DNA of 64,000 nucleotides from Eledone cirrhosa (Eukaryota): NCBI GenBank assembly GCA_964016885.1, contig OZ024740.1, positions 353,462,001 to 353,526,000 of the forward strand, read 5' to 3'. Shown piece by piece: positions 36,410 to 48,547 of this stretch (position 1 is its first letter; each line of letters starts with the position of its first letter). The notes under the pieces were generated by a model. It saw only the letters and a program-made list of their open reading frames with translations, ran no database searches and was not told where the DNA came from. The position numbers and the translations under genes were made by a program.

Positions 36410-36415
<6 letters not shown>
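35019..36415. mobile_element. Possible Penelope-like remnant: 54-bp inverted repeat (35019-35072/35162-35215) plus ~180-bp direct repeats (35227-35404/36236-36413)
   Basis: Repeats read directly; minus strand weakly resembles a GIY-YIG C-terminal YIK..KPNL end. Family assignment is inference. Confidence 0.45.
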
Positions 36416-36429
<14 letters not shown>

Positions 36430-36448
<19 letters not shown>

Positions 36449-36935
36449 TGAAATTGTCTGTGTGTGTCCTAATTTTTGGAAAGTCTATACAAATCTACAT
36501 TTCTACTCCGATTGACTTCAAACTTGCATTTATATATTCCTTGCAGTCTAAAGATATTAACTGCAGCTTTTATTTTCCAATTTTCTGTTGTTAAAGGGGT
36601 GTTAGGCGCCGGTTAGCGATCTCTCTCTCTCTTTCTTAGTCTGTCTTTTTAGATAGATACATAGCTATAACGTCACGCCCTTATAATATCTGTCTGTATG
36701 TCTGCATTACAACAGTATGACAAATATTGTTCTCATTGCTGACGTATTATCTTCGCTATTTTACGTTCATTGCCAGGGAACGTTTTCACGAAGCAAACTA
36801 TCGTCTTCCCGTTTTCCTTCGGTTGCAACGTTTTTCGAAATATTTACTTCTGCGTTCACAGATTGATTTTTTTAGTTTCAGAAGATCCCGTTAAGGGTGA
36901 AAGCAGCGATTCTTTGCTTAAACTTTAATCTGTTA

Positions 36936-37017
<82 letters not shown>

Positions 37018-38458
37018 AAGGCTCTGATACCATCAACACCATAAACACAGAGGTGGCATATCTAAGAACTGACTAACTGCCTGATGAGGTCATAGCCATT
37101 CAATGGCTATCATCAAAATATATATAGCAGTAAATAAAGGATTATGAGTTCATGCAATTGACTTATGTTTCGTCACTATATATATATATATATATACTAG
37201 CAGCTGAGCACTTATTATTTATGTTAATAATTTGAAAAATATTATTGAAAGTTTATTATAAAGAAGCAGTTTCAGGGAAAAAAATAGAAATATGCACTTG
37301 GGGCTGGACGGCGTACAATGAGAAGTGGAGCGACGTGAAAAGCGTTGCTTATTAACAGCGTAATAGCAATGTCAATGATATGCATTTTGAAAAATACTAC
37401 TTACTGTTAGTGGTGGTTAACATGTATTAGAATTAAAATAAAAACACGCGTCCCTTCTTCGCAATTTAAGGGTTTTATTTCTTTTGATGGAAAACAGTGA
37501 CCGTACTGCAGAATCGATTTCATAAAACGATACTGTATGATCGTTAAATGTAGAAGGATGATTGTTTATTAACAGCGAAATAGCAATGTCGATGATATGC
37601 AAGTTTAAAAATGCATATTATGAAGGTTTGTATGATAGTTTACACTTTTTCCTGAAACTGCTTCTTTATAATAAACTTTCAATAATATTTTTCAAATTAT
37701 TGGTACTGTATGTTAACAGCGAAAGAACTTTGATGAGTTTAAAAATGTGTATGAAATTGTAAATAACTCAGCCAAGTATTAGAAAAGAGGGAAATAACTC
37801 ACCGAACGCGATAGTAAATAGACCGTTTGGGGACCCTAGAGACCACATTTTTCAAGTTAGAGATTTGAAACCTCGTCTATTTGCTTCCTTGGCACTTTTT
37901 ACATAGGTGTGTAAATTTCCATGTCCGTCCGACCATGTCTACTACCATTTAACCGTGCACATCTGAATTTCAACCACCACTCATTTCACAAATATATATT
38001 AGATATATATATAATTATATATTCGTGTGCAGATATTTTTGCATACACAAAAACAAAATATAAACAAACGTATTTATTTCCCGAAAGTACAGACGGCTTA
38101 TCGTCATTGTTACTGCCGATATGCCACCCAAAAAATCCCACTACTTTTGGCACAAGGCCAGCAATTACAGAGTCAACGGTTCGGAAATCACATTTTAATC
38201 CTTACTCTAAGAGTTACTCTTAGTGTATTTCGTCCTGCTTTTCGGTCATGCCTCGAAGGAAGAGATACTCCATTGGCCGAAATACTGAGAAAGCGGCACG
38301 AAAAAGAACAAGGCGGGCAAAAGAATCGTCAGTGGAATCTGCTATTCGACGGTCGCAAGGCCGAGGTATTCCGTACTTCTCTGTACTGTTTCAGAAAGGA
38401 TTGATAAACATGCCAATCTATATTTAGAATCCCGAGCAGCGCCGGGCCATTCTGCTAG
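36430..38458 (+). mobile_element. Helitron-like element(s), possibly composite with nested inserts
   Basis: 5' TATATATAAAACTGAAATTGTCTGTGTG; 3' hairpin CCCGAGCAGCGCCGGG then CTAG|T; 36612-36710 is the reverse complement of 59220-59320. Confidence 0.6.
37076..37131 (+). ncRNA. Minimal type I hammerhead-ribozyme-like motif with one core mutation
   Basis: Stem I ACTGC/GCAGT; CTGATGA; stem II ATAGCCATT/AATGGCTAT; AAAA in place of GAAA; palindromic TATATA stem III; TA cleavage site. Confidence 0.6.
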
Positions 38459-39707
38459 TATATATATAGTAGTGTAGTTAAAAAGATCAATAGTTTATTT
38501 TCTTTTTTTTTTTTTAAAGCTGGTACAATGCGGTAGAAAGTTACGAAGGGCAAATGATGACAAATGAAACAAAATCAAACAATGTTTTACCCAGTGTATT
38601 TTAGCATATTTCAGGGCCCTCATGAAGTGTGAAGTTGATGAGTGTTGTAGCTTTTTTGTTTGTTTGTTGAGGTAAATTTTTTTTCATCTTCCTTGTATAA
38701 ATAACATTAGAAATACTGTAAATAAATTTACAGTAGAATAACAACAAATATGTTTTAAATATATACATAAATAACATTATAAATTGCTCGCGATTCTTTC
38801 AGAAAGATATATTCTTTTAATGTTACAATATTAAAGAAAATGTAAAGGAAGGGGTGAACAACCGAGCCAACACCAGGGCAAATGACAGCAACGTCCCGAG
38901 GAGTACCGGGCAACCTCTCTAATGATTTTTGAGGCAAGCCAGCACACTCGCAGCGTTGCCTCGGGTGATGGCGAGGCTAATGCGCTGGAACAACCAAGCG
39001 CCTTTTCGAGATTCGCATTGGTTGAATAATGGCAAATGAGTAAGTGAAGTTAGTCTCAGTCAGTCGTGAGAATCTTTGCCATTTTCAAAGAAACAACAAA
39101 TTGTACTCTTTGTTGTGGTGTGAGGTGATATTACCATGAGGAAGATGATTTTACAATATCACATCAATAAGCATAAACGATGAACAAGACACCGCTTATT
39201 TTAATGTTTTAAACATTTGTAACATGATTTAATTCGAACTCGTGCAGCAATGAATAACGGAAAAAGAATGCATATACAGTTGTAGTGTGTCATGTGTGAA
39301 GTTGGTAAATTTTCTCATCTAATGTCGATCGCAGAAAGACTGGCTTGCGAAATTGTCATGGCTGAAGGATTAATCTAATTCTCTCAGAGTCGGGAAGCAG
39401 ACTAGCTTTTGCAGAGTAGAAAAGCAGCACAGCCGACCAAATATTCACACTGCGGAAGTTCTTCGAAAAATCGTGGGAGGTATATTCTTGTTTTGTAGAC
39501 ATCGAAAAGGTATAAGACTGCGTTCCTCGGGACTTGTCGTGGAAGGTTCTGCAGGAGTATGGAATCAATTGTCAGCTTCTTGTTGGCCTGTTGTCTCTAT
39601 ACGAATGTAAGAGTATTTGTGTTCGAATAAATGGTGCCAAATCGAAACTATTTAGTAATAGCATAGATATGAAAATTATCACATGATTCTTGTTTCTTTT
39701 TGTCAGG

Positions 39708-39804
39708 ATGAAGTGCTTCTTAATTTTGTTGGTTTTGTTGCCACTGATATTCAGCGCCAGTTTCTACCCAGAGCAAGCAAAAGGGGAAACAAAACAACCA
39801 TCCA
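39708..39804 (+). CDS. Secreted peptide gene copy B, coding exon 1: MKCFLILLVLLPLIFSASFYPEQAKGETKQPS
   Basis: Same acceptor, ATG and GTAAGT donor as copy A; 97 nt with no indels. Confidence 0.82.
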
Positions 39805-40737
39805 GTAAGTAACACAGGCACACCCTTTTCTTTTTTCTCTCTCATTTACAAACACACATTTATGAGCATTAAATTATTTATATTAATATGTTAATGTATA
39901 TTAACTATGTTTTTATAACATTATTCAAGGGTGGTTCGAATTTATATTTATTTAGTGCAATTTCTCGTTAGATTTACAATAATATTTACTAGTAACTAAA
40001 TGTTGATCTAAAATAGATAAGATCTAGATCTTAAGAAATTAATTATGCCTAGGTTCATGTCAACGGTGATCTTGAAATTTAATTTTTTGAACGTGTTGAT
40101 AAATTTTCTCCTCTACGATATACATTGTATGACCAAATATATTTTGCAAAATGGATATCTATAATCCCGGACAAATTAGAATTATGCGTCGAAATAAATT
40201 TCAATAGTACGGTATGGTCCCGTAACTCCTGATGGAGTCATAGGGATGTCGTAGTGGTGGTATACGGCGTTTCTTGGGCATTTTTAAAGCTTGGTGGAGC
40301 TCATCCATCTCCAGGTCTGAACTCAGCAGATTTCTTCCAGAGAAGGATAGAAAGTGAAAGAGAGAGGAAGTGATGAAGAGATATAGAATCGATCCCTCTA
40401 CAAGACTGGTACTTTTTTATCGACCTCGAAAGAATGAAAGGCAAAGTTGACTTTGGTGGGATTTGAACTCATTCTATCCGACATTATAACGACCCTGCCA
40501 ATTAATATCATCCCATAGCCAAAAAAACAAAATACAAACGATAATTGGTTGTTGTTTGTCCCCTAAAAAAAAATCAGCGTTTCGAAATGCTATATCACTG
40601 CATAAATTTACAAAGTAACTTTTTATCTACATCAATGAACCGTTTGATACCCTATTAAGAGATGTGATGAGTTAAATGTTAAACAAGGGAATTTCAGATA
40701 TTTTAATTATTCTAACTGTATTACATTATATACACAA

Positions 40738-40923
40738 AGGGTGGTGGATTGGCAGTATCGGTAGAGGGTCGGACGCCATGCTTTCCAGCATAGTTACGTC
40801 CCTTTACGATCTGAGTTCAAATCCCGCCGAGGTTGACTTTGCCTTTCATCCTTACGGGGTCGATAAAATAAAGTACCAGTAATGCACTGGGTAATTGCTG
40901 GCCTTGTGCCTAAAGTAGAAACA
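40738..40923 (+). mobile_element. Full-length tRNA-type SINE in the intron of copy B
   Basis: TSD ATTATATACACAA (40725-37, 40924-36); absent from unit A; B-box-like GAGTTCAAATCC. Confidence 0.9.
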
Positions 40924-41044
40924 ATTATATACACAACCATTAATCATGAACGGAAAAAAGTGAGAAACGAAAGAATACATGGTACAATTCTTTCTATTGT
41001 TTAAATTTTTATTCTAAAGTTGCCAATATTTTCTTGAACCTTAT

Positions 41045-44000
41045 TGTGGGTATGGTGTGGTGTGCGGTGGCCGGAAGCTGGGGAGTGCTCGATCGGAAGA
41101 GTGCTTGACCTGAAGGGTACTTGGCCGGAAGGGTGCTCGACCGGAAGGGCCAGCAGGTGGGCCTCTCTCTAGCGGTGATCAGGAACGTGGTAGACGTGAG
41201 TTTTGCAGCTCCCTGTTTTAACGAGTTGGATTGTACGCACGTGGAAGAGGAGAAACAAGCCATGGGATCTAGCGGCGCCTGTGAAAAGCGGTAAGTGAGG
41301 TAGCTTTTTCTAACCGCAAGCTATTTCGGCACTGGAAACTGAGATCTGATTGAAAAAAAAAAACAAAAAAACTTTCTCGAAAACAAAACTACTGGAAAAA
41401 CAGAGAGTAGTCTGTTGTTTTTTTTATTACGTACCGCAAGACAAATTAGGATATAGCGACGAGACTACGAATGAGCGAAGCGATTAGGGCATTTACTAGT
41501 GAAGGCAATGTTGTCGCTTGGCTGTGAAAAGTCCGGCTGGTCGCAAGCTTACAGAAGATAGATGTGGCTGGCCTCATGGCACTGTACCTCGAGGGGGACG
41601 CGTTGGTACTCTTCCTTGAGATGGATGAACACAGCTAGAGGGATGCGCAAAAGATTGAGAGGCGCATGTTGGAAGCGTTCGTGGAGGGACCGTTAGCCGC
41701 TTTTGCTAAGCTGGCAAGAATTAGGTGGAACGGTGAACACGTTGACATTTTCGCAGCGGAAATACGGCGATTGGCCATGTTGGCTGGATATCAGGTGGAA
41801 TGCGAACGCACTGTGTGGTTCGCGTTCATAAATGGATTTCTAGACGAAACTGCAGCAAGTCCTGGGTTACAAGGAAATGGAGATGCGTGCACTGGTGGAG
41901 CAAGCCCGGATCATAGCAGAAGATGCCAAGAAGAGTGTCGCGGCGATAGGAACTACAGAGGCCCAGGACAGCTGGCAGCGAAATGGTGAAAGGGAGGCAA
42001 CCACGGCACGCGGTCGCTGTTTTAGGTGCCAGGGCCCGCACATGGCTAGAGACTGTAGAGAGTCAAGGCCGGAAATAATATGCTACCGGTGTAAGTGACC
42101 AGACCACATCGCTACTAACTGCGACCAGGGAAACAATCCAAGGGGAACTACTGCGCCGGTCGTTGCCCTTTACGAGTAGAGGCGCTGCCCGTGGTGGAAG
42201 ACTGTGCAGGACAAAGACTTCAAGGCCGTGTTCGATGGGCAGCAATGGGTTGTTGAGTGGTACTGGAAGGGAGAACCACCAACACTGAAGACCAAAGTGG
42301 GCTGCTATCAACATACATTGAAGGGAAACGTTAGGAGCGAGTTCGAGCAAGAGGTAGAGAGATGGATTGAAGAGGGCATACTGCTTCCCTGGAAAGAGGA
42401 GGTGAAGTGCGGAGAATTGCCGTTATCGCGGTGGCGCAACCCACGAAGAACAAGATGAGGCCGGTACTGGACTTTCGGGAGCTGAATGAGCACGAGTGGC
42501 GAGGTCACAGATGTGTGGGGAAACCCTGCGTGAGTGGAGATGCATGACGGGCGTTCCGCAATCGTAGATCTAAAGTCGGCATACTTGCAATTGCATATAG
42601 ATGAGAAGCTCTGGTGGCATCAGCTGGTCAGGTATAAGGGCCGGACATATTGCCTGACCAGGCTCGGTTTCGGGCTGGGCTCCGCACTGAAGATCATGGC
42701 AGCGGTCCTCAAGACCATTCTGGGAAAGGCCGACAAGATGAAGAGGGCCACTAATTCCTACATTGACGACATCCTAGTGGACGAGTCTGTAGTGTCGGCG
42801 GCGGAGGTCATGAGCCATTTACAGGGGTATGGACTGGCTACGAAACCGTCAGAAGCGTTAGAGGGAGGAGCCGCACTGGGACTTAGGCTACGGCGAGACA
42901 GGACGGGCGTCTTAGTATTCCAGAGGGGAAATGAAGTTCCAGAACTGGGCCCAAGTATGAGTAGGCGGGAGCTTTTCTCAGTGTGTGGAAAGTTGGTGGG
43001 TCACTACCCGATTGCTGGGTGGATCCGGACGGCATGCAGCTATGTCAAGAGACGAGCGGGAGGGGTGACTTGTAGTGACAGAGTGGGAGAGAGGACGGTG
43101 GCCATGATGCAGGAGATTGTGGAGAGGGTGAAGCCGATGACCCAGTGCGGGAACGCTGGTATGTTCCCAAATCGCAGAGCGTGACCGTATGGTGCAATGC
43201 CAGCAGCATAGCGCTGGGTGTCACGTTGGAGATAGGAGGTGTTGAGGTCGAGGATGCAGCCTGGCTTAGGAAGAAGGACGACTGCAACCACATCAATGTG
43301 GCCGAACTATTGAGAGGGGTGAACCTCGCCCTGAGGTGGGGACTGCGCACCATCGAGATACGCACCGACTCGGCTACTGTACTCGGATGGGTGAGATCTG
43401 TGCTCACCAGTGAAAAGAGAGTGCGGACGAGAGGGGCGGCGGAGATGCTGATAAAGCCCCGCCCTCAGAGAAAAATAGGGCGGATGTCTTAACCAGGGTG
43501 AAGAAAGCCTGGATGGAAGTGCCGGAGGAGGTAGAAGAGGAGATAGCTGCGGTGTGTCGGCTGACCAAGTCAGATCTGAAAGGGTTGCATGACATGCACC
43601 ACATTGGAGTGGATAGGTCTCTGTTCCTAGCCAGGAGAATTGACTCGGATGTTAACAGACACAGTGTTCAAAGAGTGGTTAGAGGCTGCGTCCGATGTCA
43701 GTCCATTGATCCCGCCCCGGGTGTGCACGAAACGGATCGCGACTGGAAGCGATTGGCGGTGGATGTAACACACTACCGAAAGGGAACGTACCTCTCGATG
43801 GTCGACTGTGGACCGGGACGGATGGCGATATAGAGGGATATGAAGACTGGAACGGCTGAGGAAATCATGCGGACATTGAGAGAGGTGTTCTTGAAGCGGG
43901 GCCCTGTGGACGAACTGCTGATGGACAATAGCGCAGCGTTCCGCTCTGAGGCGCTGAAGGAGATGCTCGATGGATGGAAGGTGGACCGTTTCTTCAGAGC

Positions 44001-44803
44001 AGCGTACAGGCCGAGCGGAAATGGAATCGTGTAGCGACACCACTGGATGATCAAAACAATGGCAGAGCGGGGCCACATCTCACCAATAGAGGCAGTGTTC
44101 TGGTACAACATGTCCCCTCGGGTGGGACAGGTTGAGGAATCGGTGCCACACAGAGCAGTATTCAGATACGAGTGGTGGCACCCGTGCACGCCACCACAAT
44201 GGCCAGTGGGGAGAGAGAATGCATTCGTGCAGGTGGGCGAAGAAGTCTGGGTTAAGCCCCCAGATGCACGTTGCACATCTCAATGGGGAAGGGGAACGGT
44301 GACGGCCGTAAATTCCCAGAACAATGTGTCCGTGGACGGAGTACCACGTCATGTCCTGGATGTACGTAGAATTACTGTGTCAACAGACTCCAAGGAAGAG
44401 GAAACCTAAAGTGCCGCCCCAACACTGCGGAGATCGCAAAGAAGTCGCAAACCACCAACCTGGACAGCAGACTTTCATATGCATAAGGACGAGGGGGAAA
44501 TTGATCCTTGAGATGGGGGGGGGGGGGCATGTAGGTATGGTGTGGTGTGCGGTGGCCGGAAGCTGGGGAGTGCTCGACCGGAAGAGTGCTTGACCGGAAG
44601 GGTGCTTGGCCGGAAGGATGCTTGACTGGAAGGGCCAGCAGGTCGGCCTCTCTCTAGCGGTGATCAGGAACTAGGTGGACGCGAGTTTTGCAGCTCCTGG
44701 TTTTAACGAGTTGGATTGTACGCACGTGGAAGAGGAGAAACCAGCCATGGGATCTAGCGGCGCCTCTGAAAAGCAGTAAGTGAGGTAGCTTTTTCTAACC
44801 ACA
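41045..44803 (+). mobile_element. Decayed Ty3/gypsy LTR retrotransposon (LTRs 41045-41318 and 44530-44803) in the intron of copy B
   Basis: 274-bp TG..CA LTRs; TSD CTTAT; G-rich PPT; gag knuckles CFRCQGPHMARDC; RT VDLKSAY and YIDD; RNase H TDS; integrase HH-CC and LMDN; order RT-RH-IN; empty site at ~14835. Confidence 0.95.
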
Positions 44804-45083
44804 CTTATAAAGGAAAATAAATCTCCAAATGTTGTAGATATAATAAAATGAGCAGCATTTGCACAAAAGGCTGTTTCTACAACCTACATAAACAGAAGGA
44901 TCCACCCAGTACTAAAACGGAAACGTACAACTTTTTTTAAAAACTTTTGCAATTTTTAACAAAACATTAGAATTGGTGAATACTTGCAGACACTTCAAAT
45001 TTTCTTTATTGAGATATTTCCTCATTTCTGATGAGTAAAGTATATTCTCAATCCAACTCATAATATGTGCTTTTTTTTTTCAG

Positions 45084-45202
45084 TTGATGAAATTATTCGA
45101 CATCTTCAGACTCTTGATTTAACTGATGGGTGTGTTCCGACATGTGAAAACTTTGTTCCTAAATTCTGGACGTTTCTTTGCAGTACAGCTTGTCAAATTT
45201 AA
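45084..45202 (+). CDS. Secreted peptide gene copy B, coding exon 2: (I)DEIIRHLQTLDLTDGCVPTCENFVPKFWTFLCSTACQI*
   Basis: T10-CAG acceptor; four Cys conserved; TAA at 45200-45202. Confidence 0.82.
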
Positions 45203-45433
45203 AAAGAATGTTTGAAAAATGTTTGATACAGCTTGCCAAATGTAAGAAAAATGTTTGATACATATTTAATGTAAATAAAAATTAGATGTGTGTGTATATA
45301 TGCATTGGAGGGACAAACATTAATGAAATCCCACCATTCTGTTTAAGTGAGCGTACAATGTAACTGGTTTTGAATTTCAGGTTATCTGAAAAGTTGAGGA
45401 CTCTGTTGGGATTTTACTATCATTATCATCATC

Positions 45434-45608
45434 GGCAGTATCGGTAGAGGGTCGGACGCCATGCTTTGACGCATAGAGTTACGGCCCTTGCCATTCTGAG
45501 TTCAAATCCCGCCAAGGTTAACTTTGCCTTTCACCCTTACGGGGTCGATAAAATAAAGTACTAGTAATACACTGCGTAATTGCTGGCCTTGTGCCAAAAG
45601 TAGAAACA
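45434..45608 (+). mobile_element. SINE inserted in the (CAT)n tail, unit B only
   Basis: Matches 40738-40923; flanked by ATTATCATCATC on both sides. Confidence 0.85.
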
Positions 45609-45609
45609 A

Positions 45610-48270
45610 TTATCATCATCATCACCATTTTTTTTCACGTTTGCATTGGCTGACGGGTCCTTTTCAGCACAGCCCCTCTCTACTCGCTGCGACCCTTTGT
45701 CATCTCTGTGAGATCAACTTTCACCACATCTACTGAGGTCTTCTTTGGTCTACCTCTAGTACGGCTTCTTTCCACTGGGATTTCCTGGCACTTCTTCACT
45801 CAGCGATCATCATCCATGCACATCACATGTCCTTACAAACGCTGTCTTCTCTCTTGTACTTCACTTCAGATTCCTCTTAACCCTTTAATGTTCAAACCGG
45901 CCAAAACTGGCCAGAATTATTTACCTCTTTCTGTTGAAACTGGTCACTCAAACTGATGTTATGGTTTTGTTCTCAAAATAAATACTTTCAAAATCTCATA
46001 GATTCGATAGTATGCGAGGTAAAGCCTTTACCATGAAAATATAATAGGATATATATAGAGTAATGTGAACGCTAAAGGGTTAAACCCAGTTTCTACCTCA
46101 GTTCATCCTGGCTCTGCCTTTCTCTCACATTTACATTGCACACCCAATGAAGCATGGCTGCTTAATTTCTCTCCAGCCTACACATATCCTCTGCAGTCAC
46201 AGCCCATGTTTCACTACCATGCAGCATAAAGAGAAACTTTTGTTGTCAACAGTGGGAGTAACTCTCTAAACTTTTTCCATCCTATCCTTATTCAAGCTAT
46301 TATGCTCCCAGAGCACCCTTCTCCATTGCTAATTACGTCACATAGATAGCAGAAGCTATCAACCATTTCTATAGGTCCTTCCTGCGACTGGAATAGACTT
46401 ATATCACTGACGCTTCTCCTGTCAATTACCCCTGTACATTTTCTACATACAAAGTCTCCTCTTCCTGTTAGTCTACCTGTTATCCCACTCCATCTCTTGT
46501 GTACCCAAGATTTATATTGTGTACATTGTACAGAGTTTATGCCTACCTTTTTCTACATATTGAGTAGGTCTACTTCCATGAAGTAACCCCATTTACTAGC
46601 GCTTTAGTTTTGGTTAAGTTTAGTCTCAGCCCTTTGGATTCAGCTATAAAAGTCAGACATCTGCATAAAGACGTCTCCATGAACACCCAGTTATAAACTC
46701 CTGTTATGGCCTGGAGAACTAAGATAAGCAGCAGTGGGCTGAGAACAGAACTCTGATGAACTCTTACCTGTACATTGAATTCCTCACTGAACTCGCTACT
46801 CTCGCTTTATTGACAACTCCTCTGTACATGGCTTGCACTGCTCTCACAAGCCATTCTTCTACACCTAATTTTCTTAAGAACCACCAGATAATAGATTGAA
46901 GTATTCTGTTAAAGGCCTTTTCTATATCAACAAAAGCTATATATAGCGGTTTATTCTTGGTTAGGAACTGCTCTTGTAGTTGTCTCACTAAGAAAAGGGC
47001 ACCTGTAGTACTTTTCCCAAACTACATCTCGTTCTAATTCAAACCTTTCCCTAATTAGCTGCGCTAGAACCCTTTCTGTCACTTTCATAATTTGGTCCAT
47101 TAGTTTTGTTCCTCTATAGTTGCTCCTTTCTAGAGCATCTCCTTTACCCTTGTAACAATTTATGATTGAACTACTGAGCCAATTATTGGGTATGACTCCA
47201 TCATATATATTACCTGATTGATGCTTTTAGCATCTCAGCAACTATTTCTGATGATCACACAGCTTTACCATTTTTCATTTTCTTTATTGCTTCTTTGACC
47301 CTATAACTGTCAATTTCAATAGCTGATCCTTCTGTTGAGTAAGTTGGGGTAGCCCCCCCCCCCCCCCCAATTCATTCTCTACATTCATCAGCTCTCGTAG
47401 TAAAATTTCCAGGCCTCTTTCTTTTGAGTATCACTGGTGCTAATGCACCAGTGTCATTTCTAAAACACTTTTCCCCCAATAATATCCCAATTCCCACTGA
47501 CACACTGCCTTGCCATGCAGGAGAGTTCATGTCTCTGATCCTCATGTTGCAAAACATTGGCAACTTTTCTATTTTCAGCCACTTTCCAAGCTGTGTATAC
47601 ATGTTGTCTGTCTCTATTAGCTACCTTGTACCGATCTCTGCTACTCCAATTTTTTCAGTCTTTCCATGCCTGTTTCTTGGCTTTAATGTGTCTATCCACT
47701 GTATTGTTCCACCTGCAGGTCACCCTGTCTTGGCTGGTGCTTTGTTCCAGCCACAAGTCTCATCAGTAGTTTGCAGAAGCTTGTCACACAAGTATTTCTA
47801 GTTGTCCTCTACGTCTTGTGTATCTAATTCATCAAATGTATCCTATATTTAATAGGATGGTCCTTTACCTTCTAAACTCTCCGTTTCCATATTTTTCTGC
47901 AAATTTAGTGCTGCTTTGTGTTTATTTTGAGGCCACTAATAGCTAACTTGTGTTGGGGGGGCATATTCTTCGCCAGGAAGGCCTTAGGATTTATTACACT
48001 CTGTCTATCTCGTTGTCTTAAAAGAAAGAAATCAATTTGGCTTGTGTGTTCGCCTGATTGGTATGTGATTAGATGACTAGCCAGTGTCATGCAACTATGT
48101 TGCAAATGGTTAGTTTATTTGTGTCACAGAATTCCAGGAGTCTCACTCTCTCTTCATTTCTTGAGCCATAACCATAGCCGCCGTGAACTCCAGTGAATCC
48201 ATCTTGCTACAGTCCAATATGACCATTGAAGTCGCCTGCTAAGATAATCAGGTCTCTTTCATCAGTAACA
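45610..48270 (-). mobile_element. Old decayed RTE LINE (unit B copy of 15415-17860)
   Basis: Near-identical to the unit A copy beyond 46084. Confidence 0.85.
45881..46079. mobile_element. piggyBac-type MITE
   Basis: TTAA TSD; CCCTTTA../..TAAAGGG TIRs; empty TTAA site in unit A at ~15673. Confidence 0.9.
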
Positions 48271-48547
48271 GAATATGTGACATTAGAACAAAAAAGTGTT
48301 TTAAAAAATATTAAAAAGTCAAAATTTTATGAAATTGACAGAGAAATAAATAAATAAATGAAAAACAAAACAGTATAAATAGATAGACTGGTCTTAGCTT
48401 ATCTGTCTTCCATGGCAGAAACAAGCTGTTAGATTTTGCTCACGAGGTGAAAAGAAAGTGTGCTGGTAGTGGTGGTGAGGTGTGCACTGATATGGGATAG
48501 CAATTCTGAGAGGGGGAGTGGGAGAAAAGGAAAGATTGCAAAGCTTC

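Noticed and set aside
40738-40830. tRNA-like A/B boxes
   Set aside because: This is a SINE head with a TSD and many dispersed copies; no complete cloverleaf.
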